A stretch of 64,000 nt of DNA from Oscillospiraceae bacterium. Its GTDB lineage: Bacteria > Bacillota > Clostridia > Oscillospirales > Ruminococcaceae. The DNA lies in NCBI GenBank assembly GCA_017847875.1, contig JAGASN010000009.1, positions 41,604-105,603 on the forward strand. Direction: 5' to 3'. The notes beneath the pieces were generated by a model. The model ran no database searches. It saw only the letters and a list, made by a program, of their open reading frames with translations, and was not told the origin of the DNA. Positions 10,014 through 18,651 of this stretch are shown here, piece by piece. A program made the position numbers and the translations under genes. The stretch's first letter is position 1. Every line of letters starts with the position of its first letter.

Positions 10014-10046
10014 AAAAAAACCTCCCGAAAATTTCGGGAGGTTTTT
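10014..10046 (-). terminator. rho-independent terminator downstream of obg
   Basis: CCTCCCGAAA/TTTCGGGAGG hairpin with a T-run on the minus strand. Confidence 0.75.
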
Positions 10047-10070
10047 CTGCATTCTGTGAAAAATGCAAAA

Positions 10071-11336
10071 TCATCTCATATAATCGAACTCGATATCGAG
10101 AATGCTTACTGTGTCGCCTTCGTTGATGCCCATTCTTTCAAGCTCATCGATGATTCCGGAAAGGCGGAGAACCCTCTGGAAATACTGGAGGGATTCATAG
10201 TCATCAAGATCAACAAAACCAAGAGCGTGCATAAGCCAAGGTGCTTCAACAACATAGATTCCGTCTTCGATATGGATTTTGAATTCCTGTTTGGAAGTGA
10301 TCTCTTCACGAACGGGAGCTTCGGCTTCATATCTTACGATAGGCGGAAGTTTCGCAAGTTCCGCGGCAACGGCATTGATAAGTTCATGAACGCCTTCGCC
10401 GGTAGCGGCGGAGATGAGATAGGTTTTAAAGCCGTTTTCTTCGGCAAATTCGTTGAATTCATCGATCATTTCCTCGATGGAAGCGTCGGCTTTGTTGAGA
10501 GCGACGATCTGCGGGCGTTTTGCGAGTTCCGGATTGAATTTTTCAAGCTCATAGTTGATCTGCTTGTAATCATCAATGGGGTCGCGTCCGTCCATTGCGG
10601 AAATATCAACAACGTGGAGAACAAGTCTGCAGCGTTCAACGTGGCGGAGGAAATCGTGTCCGAGACCGACTCCTTCGGAAGCGCCTTCGATAAGACCGGG
10701 AATATCGGCCATTACAAAAGAGCTGCCTGTGTCCATTTTTACAACGCCGAGAACAGGGGTAAGGGTTGTGAAAGGATAGTTCGCAATTTCCGGTTTTGCG
10801 GCGGAAACAACGGAAATAAGGGTGGATTTTCCGACGTTGGGGAAGCCCACAAGACCTACGTCCGCAAGAAGCTTGAGTTCAAGAGTGACCTCAAATTCTT
10901 CGCCGGGGAAGCCGGGTTTTGCAAATTTCGGGATCTGGCGGGTTGCGGAAGCAAAATGCTGGTTGCCCCAGCCGCCTTTTCCGCCTTTTGCAACAATATG
11001 GGGTTCCTTATCGGAAATATCCGCAAGGATCCTTCCGGTTTCCGCTTCGCGGATAAGGGTTCCCACCGGAACTTTTATAACAAGGTCCGGTGCGGATTTT
11101 CCGGTCATATTGCTGCCGGAACCGTTTTTGCCGTTTTCGGCAATATAGCGTTTTTTGTATTTGAAATCAATAAGGCTGGAAATGTTGGTGTCGCCGACAA
11201 AAACAACGTTTCCGCCTTTGCCGCCGTCACCGCCGTCGGGACCGCCGGCGTTTACATATTTTTCACGATGGAATGTAACTGCGCCGTTGCCGCCGTTTCC
11301 GGCCTTGATTCTGATTTTTGCGGTATCGACAAACAT
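10071..11336 (-). CDS. obg: GTPase Obg/CgtA
   Basis: MFVDTAKIRIKAGNGGNGAVTFHREKY glycine-rich Obg fold, G1 GFPNVGKST, and a C-terminal OCT-type domain. Confidence 0.95.
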   Translation of the reverse strand: MFVDTAKIRIKAGNGGNGAVTFHREKYVNAGGPDGGDGGKGGNVVFVGDTNISSLIDFKYKKRYIAENGKNGSGSNMTGKSAPDLVIKVPVGTLIREAETGRILADISDKEPHIVAKGGKGGWGNQHFASATRQIPKFAKPGFPGEEFEVTLELKLLADVGLVGFPNVGKSTLISVVSAAKPEIANYPFTTLTPVLGVVKMDTGSSFVMADIPGLIEGASEGVGLGHDFLRHVERCRLVLHVVDISAMDGRDPIDDYKQINYELEKFNPELAKRPQIVALNKADASIEEMIDEFNEFAEENGFKTYLISAATGEGVHELINAVAAELAKLPPIVRYEAEAPVREEITSKQEFKIHIEDGIYVVEAPWLMHALGFVDLDDYESLQYFQRVLRLSGIIDELERMGINEGDTVSILDIEFDYMR

Positions 11337-11339
11337 CTT

Positions 11340-11804
11340 TTATACCTCCGATTGATCTTCGAGTGTAAGCTCCATATAGCTTTCCTGCTGTATGAAGCCG
11401 AGTTTTTCATAAAGCGGTCTTCCGAGTTTTGAAGCGCCGAGCCAGAGCTTTTTTATTCCGCGTTTTTTCGCATCATTTAAAAGCTCGGTCAGAAGCATTT
11501 TTGAAAGACCTTTTCTGCGGTGTTCCGGTGCTGTATATACGTTGGTAATATAACCCCGGACGCCGATTTTATTCGTGAATGATGGCGGCAGATCGTAATA
11601 AACGATTGCCGCGGTCGAAAGGAGCTTTCCGTTTTCTTCCGCAACAAGCTGGAGAAAATCATCTGAAACAAGCCATTTTTTAAAAAACGCAGAAAGCTCC
11701 TCGTCAATATCGCAATCCGGCGAAATGCCTTCATCGATAAGCTGGAGTTTCCGAACTTCTGAAAGAAGTCCGGCGTCTTCAAATTCAGCTTTTCTGATTA
11801 TCAT
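11340..11804 (-). CDS. GNAT family N-acetyltransferase
   Basis: 154 aa with acetyl-CoA motif A (HRRKGLSKMLLTELLNDAKKRG). Confidence 0.85.
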   Translation of the reverse strand: MIIRKAEFEDAGLLSEVRKLQLIDEGISPDCDIDEELSAFFKKWLVSDDFLQLVAEENGKLLSTAAIVYYDLPPSFTNKIGVRGYITNVYTAPEHRRKGLSKMLLTELLNDAKKRGIKKLWLGASKLGRPLYEKLGFIQQESYMELTLEDQSEV

Positions 11805-11828
11805 GGGGAAAAACCTCCTTTTTAAACA

Positions 11829-11953
11829 GCCTTCCCGGAGGGGAAGGTGGCATTTCCGAAGGAAATGACGGAAGAGGGCGAAGCGCAGGCGGAGATTTGT
11901 CAGGGATTATCCCTCCTCAGTCTGTTTCGCAGACAGCTCCCCCTCTGGGGAGC
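11829..11953 (+). repeat. ORF-less miniature derivative of the DUF559 cassette (both ends, no endonuclease ORF)
   Basis: CCTTCCC-GGA-GGGGAAGG hairpin, TGGCATTTCCGAAGGAAATGACGGAAGAGGG, a short core, then CCCTCCTCAGTCTG-TTTCG-CAGAC and GCTCCCC-CTCT-GGGGAGC followed by TTTTTT. Closely similar to 57018-57156 along its whole length. Confidence 0.7.
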
Positions 11954-12009
11954 CTTTTTTGAAATTTAAAAAGGGACGGAATACCGTCCCTTTTTTCAAC
12001 GCGGGCAGA

Positions 12010-12294
12010 TTACTGCTCGACAGGATATACGCTTACCTTTTTGCGGTCTGCACCGAAGCGTTCAAATCTTACAACACCATCGGTGAGAGCGAAGAGGGTA
12101 TCGTCGGAACCTTTGCCAACGTTGTTACCGGGATGGAAGTGAGTTCCGCGCTGTCTTACAAGGATGTTGCCTGCAAGAACAAACTGACCGTCGGCTCTCT
12201 TTGGGCCAAGGCGTTTGGATTCGGAATCACGGCCGTTTTTAGTGGAGCCCATACCTTTTTTATGGGCGAAGAACTGCATACTGAGTCTAAGCAT
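12010..12294 (-). CDS. rpmA: 50S ribosomal protein L27 with N-terminal propeptide
   Basis: [30 protein letters not shown]. The Firmicute-type extension precedes the AHKKG mature end. Confidence 0.95.
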   Translation of the reverse strand: MLRLSMQFFAHKKGMGSTKNGRDSESKRLGPKRADGQFVLAGNILVRQRGTHFHPGNNVGKGSDDTLFALTDGVVRFERFGADRKKVSVYPVEQ

Positions 12295-12298
12295 GTTA

Positions 12299-12616
12299 TT
12301 ATACCTCCGTAATTATAAGGTTGATCGTGTTCGGAAAGTCTTCGGAAAGAAGTTTTAAATGAAGCCGAAGCGCCGAAACAAACTGGTTTGCGGCAGGTCT
12401 TGGGTTTGGGGGAAGAATACATTCGATGCAATCTTCATAAACGTTAACTTCACAGTTAACCTTCACAATTTCTGTAATTCCGTTGATGGCCATTTGTACG
12501 GCCGAACTTACCGAAGCACAGACAATGTCTTTTCCGCTTTCGGCAAAACCTGCGTGTCCGCTTATTGCGAAACGCTTTGGTTCGCCTTTCTTATAAAAGA
12601 ATTCAGCGCGGATCAT
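12299..12616 (-). CDS. prp: ribosomal-processing cysteine protease Prp
   Basis: 105 aa lying between rplU and rpmA, with [19 protein letters not shown] (catalytic His/Cys context). Confidence 0.85.
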   Translation of the reverse strand: MIRAEFFYKKGEPKRFAISGHAGFAESGKDIVCASVSSAVQMAINGITEIVKVNCEVNVYEDCIECILPPNPRPAANQFVSALRLHLKLLSEDFPNTINLIITEV

Positions 12617-12622
12617 CGTTAA

Positions 12623-12931
12623 TTAGCCTTCGATTGCTTTAACAAGAAGCTTGGTATAGGGCTGACGATGACCGAGAGCGCGTTTGCTGCCTTTTTTGGT
12701 GCGATAGGTGAAAACATTGATTTTCTTGCCTTTGCCGTTTTTAACGACTTCTGCGACAACTTTTGCGCCTTCAACATAGGGAGCGCCTACTTTGAGGGAT
12801 TCGCCGCCGAGAACAAGAACCTTATCAAGGGTAACTTCTTCGCCTTCGTTGGCTTCGAGTTTTTCGACATAGAGAGTATCGTTGAGTTCAACACGATACT
12901 GTTTACCGCCGGTTTCGATTACTGCGTACAT
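12623..12931 (-). CDS. rplU: 50S ribosomal protein L21
   Basis: [14 protein letters not shown]... The internal ATG 12931 is chosen over the extended track start 13018. Confidence 0.93.
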   Translation of the reverse strand: MYAVIETGGKQYRVELNDTLYVEKLEANEGEEVTLDKVLVLGGESLKVGAPYVEGAKVVAEVVKNGKGKKINVFTYRTKKGSKRALGHRQPYTKLLVKAIEG

Positions 12932-13137
12932 GATATTCCTTCTTTTCAATAGACTCGCTGACTTAAGGCGGCGTTCCTTAAAAAAGGACGCACTTTTAGA
13001 GCCTTTGGCATGCGGCAAGAAATATTATATCAGCATAAATAACAAATGTCAAGTACCAAATATGTAAAATTTGCCTTAATTATGCGATTTTTTGGGTTAT
13101 AAAAGCCTAACCGCAAAACGGCAGCCTGCTTTGGCAG

Positions 13138-13173
13138 AAAAAAACAAAAACCCGGGCGGATTTTCGCCCGGGT
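13138..13173 (-). terminator. rho-independent terminator downstream of the blaR1-like gene
   Basis: AACCCGGGCG/CGCCCGGGTT hairpin with a T-run on the minus strand. Confidence 0.75.
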
Positions 13174-13183
13174 TCTGCCGTTT

Positions 13184-16168
13184 TTAAAATCTGTCTTCAA
13201 TCGCTGTAATTTTCCATTCCCCGCCGAATTTTTCAAATTCAATGGTGGCACTGCCGTATCTTTCGCCGGAATAAGCAACATATACTTCCGCTTCGACGGT
13301 CATATAATTTTCCGTTTCGGAAACAATTTCGCAATTTGTGTAGGTTATTCCGATGTTTCCGGTGTTTCCGGTAGCTTTATAAAGCTTTCCTTCAAATTCG
13401 ATAAAGTTTCCGAGGAATCCGCCGGGAAGCAGATCTTCGTGGATATATTGCTCAATATATCCGAACATTTCATCAACGGAACCGAAGTTCAGAACTTCCT
13501 GGACGCTTCTTTCAAACGGATCAAGATAATAACCGTTATGCATATCGTTAATGCCGTCATAAACAACATTTTCAAAGGTTATTGCGTCCGGAATAACGGA
13601 AATATCTTCAGGAAGCTCTTTGAAAAGGAAGGTTCCGTATTTTCCGTCAAGGACCGCGCCATAGTTTCTATAATTTAGTTGGTTAAGCACGGCTATATGT
13701 TCCGCGATAATTTCCGGTTCGGAATAAAGTTCTTTTTTAAGCACAAATCCGCTTCCGTAAATTCCTTCAAAACCGAAGGCGTTGAACCATTCGTCGATGT
13801 TTTCGTAACCATACATCGAGGCATCGGCAAAGGAAGTGCTGATTCCGGTTTCGGTTCTGTCAACAAAGGTAAAGGTAACAGGTTCGAAGATAAGCGCATA
13901 GTTTTCATCAACACGATAAAGGAACCAGACAATTCCTTCTCTTTCTCCCTCCGCGGTTGCAACATAATTTCGCCAGACGAGAGAAAGATTTTCTATGTTC
14001 ATTTCCGGAATTTGCGAAACGGGCGGGAAATAATCCGGCCAGCCATTGGGTTCCAACGGATTTTCGACAAAAGTTCCGTTGCGGAAACTTTCGAGCTGTT
14101 CGTTTATCATATCTATATATTCATAAACTCTTCCGCCGGTATAAATTTCCCTTGCACTTTGAGTCTGGTAATGAATTGTATCAAAACGCTTGTTTTCAAA
14201 ATATTCAACAAAATATTTTCCGTCGTTTTCACGGATTATAATGGTGCTGAGATAATCCGTGGAATCGCTTGAAGTATGGTGGATCCTATAGGTATAACTT
14301 TTTCCTCTTCTGAGAACAAATTCAATGCTGTTTATCGTTTCGTAATAAAGAACATCGTCTTTTTCTCCGTCTTTGCTTATCCGGTATGTTTTTCCGCCGT
14401 TTTCAACAATAACGGGATAATATTCACCGAGGGTTGCAGCGTTTTTAAGCTGGGCTATTCCGTTGCCGACAAAAATTTCGGAAACAACTTCATCAAAGTT
14501 TTTGATTTCATCATATTTTCCGGGAAAATCCGGATAGATGTTGTTGAGTCCGGAAAGGGTGAAAAGTTCATTGTTTCCGGGCTGATAAACAGCCTCGGCT
14601 TTTTTGATGAGTTCAATTATCTTTTCATCGGGAATTCCCGCCGAAGACATGAAGCGTTTTGAATCAAAAGTTTCGACCTTATATTTTCCTTCTTCAAAAA
14701 CAATTGTGATATAGCTTTCATAATTTCCGGTTTCGCCGTCTTTGGTTTTTGCTGTGTGATTTATAAGGTATATGAAGAAATTATCGGAGCTTTCGGAAAG
14801 GGTGACGCTGTTTATGACGTCATAATAATCTGTTACGTAGCTGTCCGCCATGGAACTTAGGCGGTAATATCTTCCGTTTTCTTCAAGAAACGCGGGAATT
14901 GAACTGTGGCTTTCCTCCGCGTTCAGAAGCTGTTCAATTCCTCCGGCGCTGAAAGTTTTTGAAACTTCCTCAAAATTTCCTATTTCATCGTAATAAGTTC
15001 CGTTTATATAATTTTCGTAACCTATGATTTCGAGAACGGAACCATCACCGGGCTGATAGATTGCGTTTGCATTGAGAATAAGTTCGCGGATTGCTTCTTC
15101 GTCCGGAACATTGTCCTCTTCGGTGGGAACCGCAGAAGTGCACGCAACTGTTCCCCCGAGCACAAAGGAAAGAATGAGCACCAAAGCAAAAGCAACTTTT
15201 CCTTTTCCGCGTTTTTCCGTACTCAAAATATTCGCAAAGCGTTTTTTAAGCGTTTTTGCGCCGCCGTAAAAATGGGTTGAGAAAACCGCACAGGGCAATT
15301 TTTCCTGGTGGACGCAGGAAAGGATCGTCTCGCTGTATTGTTTTCTTGTTTCGATATCCGCGCCGTTAACAACCTTTGAGTCACAGGAAACCTCGAGGTC
15401 GGAATCCGCAAGTTTTCTCATAAGAAAAACAACCGGGTTGAACCAATGGACAGAGTTTGCAAGAAGCATAAGGGCTTTATAAAAGGTATCGTGACGTTTA
15501 TAATGCGTAAGCTCGTGGCAAAGGATAAAACGGAGAGATTCTTCGGAATAATCCTCGTCCGGAAGAATAAGTATCGGGCTGAAAAAGCCCATTATCATAG
15601 GGCTGTTTATGTTTTTGCAGACAACAGCCTTGATTTCTTTTTTGATTCCCAAAAAGGATTTTACTTCCGAAAAAATTGTCTGAATTTCATTTCCTGCGGC
15701 GATGCTTCGGTCAAGAGTGATTTTTCTGAAAAGGAGATATGCTCCGACGTTCCAAAGGAACATTACTGCCGCTCCGGAAACCCAGACAAAAGCAAGAACA
15801 TCAAGAAGACTTGTTTTTTCTCTGCTTTCATCTTCTGTTTTGCTTGGTTTAACGACTTTGTCCCCGGGGATTTCTGAACCTTGAGCACCGGGGTTTTGCT
15901 CCGGAATTATAATTTGCGGTTCGGTGCTCAAATCTGTTTCCGGAGAATAGATTGTTACGTTTGGTACTTCGACTTCAACTTTTTGCTGAAAAAGTTCCGT
16001 TTCGGGGTTGAAGGGAACAATAAGCCGAAGCGCAATAAGAAGCCAGATCCAGTATTTCCAGCCGGAAATGAACTTTTTATCGATTATTTTTGAAAGGAGA
16101 GCAATCAAAAGGATAATTATGGATGTTGCCGCGGAAATTTCCATAGCGGTAAGAAAAATTTCGTTCAT
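13184..16168 (-). CDS. BlaR1/MecR1-type M56 peptidase signal transducer with a non-PBP extracellular domain
   Basis: 994 aa. N-terminal TM helices and zinc motif HELTHYKRHD (HExxH), then a further TM helix. The roughly 650-aa ectodomain contains two tandem modules of about 155 aa. No SxxK/PBP sensor is visible. Confidence 0.8.
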   Translation of the reverse strand: MNEIFLTAMEISAATSIIILLIALLSKIIDKKFISGWKYWIWLLIALRLIVPFNPETELFQQKVEVEVPNVTIYSPETDLSTEPQIIIPEQNPGAQGSEIPGDKVVKPSKTEDESREKTSLLDVLAFVWVSGAAVMFLWNVGAYLLFRKITLDRSIAAGNEIQTIFSEVKSFLGIKKEIKAVVCKNINSPMIMGFFSPILILPDEDYSEESLRFILCHELTHYKRHDTFYKALMLLANSVHWFNPVVFLMRKLADSDLEVSCDSKVVNGADIETRKQYSETILSCVHQEKLPCAVFSTHFYGGAKTLKKRFANILSTEKRGKGKVAFALVLILSFVLGGTVACTSAVPTEEDNVPDEEAIRELILNANAIYQPGDGSVLEIIGYENYINGTYYDEIGNFEEVSKTFSAGGIEQLLNAEESHSSIPAFLEENGRYYRLSSMADSYVTDYYDVINSVTLSESSDNFFIYLINHTAKTKDGETGNYESYITIVFEEGKYKVETFDSKRFMSSAGIPDEKIIELIKKAEAVYQPGNNELFTLSGLNNIYPDFPGKYDEIKNFDEVVSEIFVGNGIAQLKNAATLGEYYPVIVENGGKTYRISKDGEKDDVLYYETINSIEFVLRRGKSYTYRIHHTSSDSTDYLSTIIIRENDGKYFVEYFENKRFDTIHYQTQSAREIYTGGRVYEYIDMINEQLESFRNGTFVENPLEPNGWPDYFPPVSQIPEMNIENLSLVWRNYVATAEGEREGIVWFLYRVDENYALIFEPVTFTFVDRTETGISTSFADASMYGYENIDEWFNAFGFEGIYGSGFVLKKELYSEPEIIAEHIAVLNQLNYRNYGAVLDGKYGTFLFKELPEDISVIPDAITFENVVYDGINDMHNGYYLDPFERSVQEVLNFGSVDEMFGYIEQYIHEDLLPGGFLGNFIEFEGKLYKATGNTGNIGITYTNCEIVSETENYMTVEAEVYVAYSGERYGSATIEFEKFGGEWKITAIEDRF

Positions 16169-16170
16169 TA

Positions 16171-16554
16171 TTATTCCTCCTTTCCCACGTTTTCAATAAA
16201 GTGTTTGAGTTCGGAAATTTCTTCCTTGCTTAAGTTTTTGCCGTCATAAAGGCAGGAAATAAAATCGGAAATTGAATTTCCGTACATTTTTTCAAGGAAC
16301 GAACGACCCTCCTTCTTTTTGTAGTCTCTTTCTTCGATTTTTGCGGAATAGATATTCGTCCTTGTGGATTTGTCACATTCAAGATATCCTTTTTCAATAA
16401 GGCGACCAAGCACCGTCATAAGGGTCGAAAGACCCCAAGTGCGTTTTTGCTGAACTTTTTCAAGAATTCCACTGGCGGTAACGGGTTCGCCTGCATCCCA
16501 GATTGCCTGCATGACTTCCAGCTCACCGTCACCGAGTTTTGTGCTTTTTGCCAT
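16171..16554 (-). CDS. BlaI/MecI/CopY family transcriptional repressor
   Basis: MAKSTKLGDGELEVMQAIWDAGEPVTASGILEKV... winged-helix repressor directly upstream of, and near-abutting, the M56 gene. ATG 16554 is preferred over 16575. Confidence 0.85.
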   Translation of the reverse strand: MAKSTKLGDGELEVMQAIWDAGEPVTASGILEKVQQKRTWGLSTLMTVLGRLIEKGYLECDKSTRTNIYSAKIEERDYKKKEGRSFLEKMYGNSISDFISCLYDGKNLSKEEISELKHFIENVGKEE

Positions 16555-16610
16555 TTTTCCACACCTCCATACCAATGTATAATGTTACACCGTTGTATAA
16601 CCACGATTTC

Positions 16611-16639
16611 ATTATACACAGCTGTGTAATGGCTGTCAA
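16611..16639 (-). promoter_or_regulatory. consensus sigma-A promoter with embedded palindromic operator for the blaI-blaR1-like operon
   Basis: On the minus strand, TTGACA (16639-16634), a 17-nt spacer and TATAAT (16616-16611). The perfect 14-bp palindrome TACACAGCTGTGTA (16615-16628) fills the spacer and overlaps the -10. Further TACA/TGTA half-sites lie at 16576-16600. Confidence 0.65.
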
Positions 16640-16649
16640 CACTTTTTTC

Positions 16650-16686
16650 AAAAAAAATAAACCCGGGCGGAAATCCGTCCGGGTTT
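16650..16686 (-). terminator. rho-independent terminator downstream of the yitT-like gene
   Basis: AAACCCGGGCGG/CCGTCCGGGTTT hairpin with a T-run on the minus strand. Confidence 0.75.
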
Positions 16687-16690
16687 GGTA

Positions 16691-17557
16691 TCAGTTTTCA
16701 TCAAAAGTTTCTTTAAAACCTTCGCCTATAACGTTGCTTGCGGGAGCAACCATTATAAAAGCGGCGTGGTCAACTTCGAGAACAATGCGTTTGAATTTTG
16801 CAAACTGCCTGCTTGGCATTGCGCACATAATAACGAGCTTTTTGTCGCGTTGATATCCGCCTTCTCCGTTAAGATAGGTAATTCCACGGTCCGTTTCTTC
16901 CATAACCCTTTTTGCAACTTCGGTGGGGTGTTCGGTAACGACATAGGCGATTCGGGTTTCGTTAAAGCCATAAAGAACGCTGTCCATTGCTCTTTCGGTA
17001 ACATAAACGGAAACAAGGGCATAAAGCGCCGCATCGAGAGTTCCGTAATAAAAACCCGCAAAAGCAACAATGATAAAATCTATTGCAAGAAGGATTTTTC
17101 CAAGAGGGATATGCTGAAAATATCGAAGAAGAACCCGCCCGAGAATATCTGTTCCACCGGTTGTTGAACCGCGCAGAAAAATTATTCCCATTCCGATTCC
17201 GATTGCGGCACCGCCGAAAAGAGAGGCAACAAGGGTGTTTTCGGAATATACGGGAAGAAAACTTTCAAGAATGTTGGTAATAACAGAAAGAATAAAAAGA
17301 GTGCGGAAGGTACTTAAAGTAAAACGCTTTCCGATAACGAAAAGCCCCAGAAGAACAAGCGGAATGTTGAGAAGAAAAGTAAGGGTACCCATCTGCATTC
17401 CGGTTACGGAATGCAGAACCGTTGCAATTCCCGTAACTCCGCCGGGAGCGATTTCGTTCGGAGTTGTAAAAACCGTTACGCCAACCGCAAAAATTGCGGA
17501 ACCGATTATGTCCGCGCCGATGTCTTTTAAAAATTCAAGGGCGTTTTCTTTTTTCAA
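16691..17557 (-). CDS. YitT family membrane protein (DUF2179 C-terminal domain)
   Basis: 288 aa with five or six TM helices plus a soluble C-terminal domain, as is typical of YitT/YpjC. Confidence 0.85.
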   Translation of the reverse strand: MKKENALEFLKDIGADIIGSAIFAVGVTVFTTPNEIAPGGVTGIATVLHSVTGMQMGTLTFLLNIPLVLLGLFVIGKRFTLSTFRTLFILSVITNILESFLPVYSENTLVASLFGGAAIGIGMGIIFLRGSTTGGTDILGRVLLRYFQHIPLGKILLAIDFIIVAFAGFYYGTLDAALYALVSVYVTERAMDSVLYGFNETRIAYVVTEHPTEVAKRVMEETDRGITYLNGEGGYQRDKKLVIMCAMPSRQFAKFKRIVLEVDHAAFIMVAPASNVIGEGFKETFDEN

Positions 17558-17988
17558 GCGCTGACCTCCTTTTGGGAATGTTCAAGGAGCATTTCAAAAA
17601 TCTCACGGATTCTTTCGTTTTTCTGTTCAAGATAAAGCCAGCCGAAAAGGGATTCAACTCCGGTTGCCTTGCGGTATTCAATGGCGTTTGCGCCTTTGGG
17701 AATATGGGTGGCGCTGGCGTTTCTTCCTCTGTGGAGGATTCCTCTTTCCTCTTCGGAAACTATAGGTTCAAGAAAATCAAAAACATTTGCCTGAAAACTT
17801 GCCCGGACCATTTCCACCGCCATTTTATGAAGTTTTCCAACCTGGAGGGAACCGTGTTCAAGAAGATGTTCCCGCACAAGAATTTCATAAACCGCATCGC
17901 CTATGAAAGCAAGGGAAAGTCCGTTAAGTGTGTTTCCTTCAATTTTCTTTTCCGAAATTTCGAGCAAAATCAAAACGCCGCCTTTCAA
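17554..17988 (-). CDS. mrnC: Mini-ribonuclease 3
   Basis: LSLAFIGDAVYEILVREHL RNase III signature in a 144-aa protein. Overlaps the yitT-like start by 4 nt. Confidence 0.85.
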   Translation of the reverse strand: MKGGVLILLEISEKKIEGNTLNGLSLAFIGDAVYEILVREHLLEHGSLQVGKLHKMAVEMVRASFQANVFDFLEPIVSEEERGILHRGRNASATHIPKGANAIEYRKATGVESLFGWLYLEQKNERIREIFEMLLEHSQKEVSA

Positions 17989-18139
17989 TGTCTATGCAAT
18001 TATTTTACCATTTAAAAGCTTTTTTATCAATATGAATATTTATTCGTTTTAATTACGGAATAATTGAAACAATTCCGCAAAAAATAATTCCGGAGGACAG
18101 ATTCCTCCGAAAAATTTGTTTTGAACGGAGAAAAAAACA

Positions 18140-18292
18140 ATGCCTGAAAATTATGCAAGAGAAAATACCAATAACAAAAACTGCAAAAATTGCGGCGGCA
18201 AAAACAAAACTTCTAACGAAGCCGGAAACGTAAGAACTCCCATGAGCAAACAGAACGCCGCCCAGAGAAAAACACAGGATTGCGACAGATGA
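18140..18292 (+). CDS. possible small Asn/Lys-rich protein (50 aa), absent from the ORF track
   Basis: GGAG 10 nt upstream of the ATG. MPENYARENTNNKNCKNCGGKNKTSNEAGNVRTPMSKQNAAQRKTQDCDR, double stop TGATAA, then a strong terminator. Coding status unproven. Confidence 0.35.
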   Translation: MPENYARENTNNKNCKNCGGKNKTSNEAGNVRTPMSKQNAAQRKTQDCDR

Positions 18293-18294
18293 TA

Positions 18295-18331
18295 AAAAAA
18301 TACCGGAAGCTGGGCTTCCGGTATTTTTTTA
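18295..18331 (+). terminator. rho-independent terminator
   Basis: TACCGGAAGC-TGG-GCTTCCGGTA hairpin followed by TTTTTTT. Confidence 0.8.
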
Positions 18332-18372
18332 TTGAAAGCGGCATAGTTTTTATAGGAAAAGGGGTGTAACCA

Positions 18373-18651
18373 ATGCAGAAAAACGAACAGGGAAAAAGAT
18401 TTCATAATCTTGTTTTGGACGACAGAAAAGTGCTTAAAGCAACCGGAGTTGCGGACGTTGAAGGTTTCGATGAAACAAAAATTTATGCAATGCTTGAAAA
18501 TCTTTCCTTCACAATCGGCGGGAAAAATCTCAAGGTGGTCAGCTTTTCTGCGGAAAGCGGAAATCTGGTTGTGGAAGGAGAAATAGATTCCGTTACATAT
18601 TCCAATGCCCTTTCGAGAAAAGCGGGACTTTTTGCGAGGATTTTCAGATGA
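18373..18651 (+). CDS. yabP: sporulation protein YabP
   Basis: 92 aa. HNLVLDDRKVLKATGVADVEGFDETKI...LKVVSFSAESGNLVVEGEIDSVTY. Conserved yabP-yabQ-divIC-yabR synteny. Confidence 0.85.
   Translation: MQKNEQGKRFHNLVLDDRKVLKATGVADVEGFDETKIYAMLENLSFTIGGKNLKVVSFSAESGNLVVEGEIDSVTYSNALSRKAGLFARIFR

Noticed and set aside
10056-11432. Long antisense ORFs opposite obg (10056-11432). Others lie opposite prfB (29144-30208), the SDR gene (31164-32087), eutA (38347-39759), eutE (43587-44735), eutH (49190-50449) and uvrC (57110-58825).
   Set aside because: Each is opposite a gene with clear family motifs and has odd, repetitive composition. I treat them as shadow ORFs, not overlapping genes.
12932-13020. 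An L21-leader-type ribosomal regulatory RNA upstream of rplU.
   Set aside because: The position is right and the region is untranslated once the ATG at 12931 is used. I could not recognise the conserved structure by eye, so I make no call.
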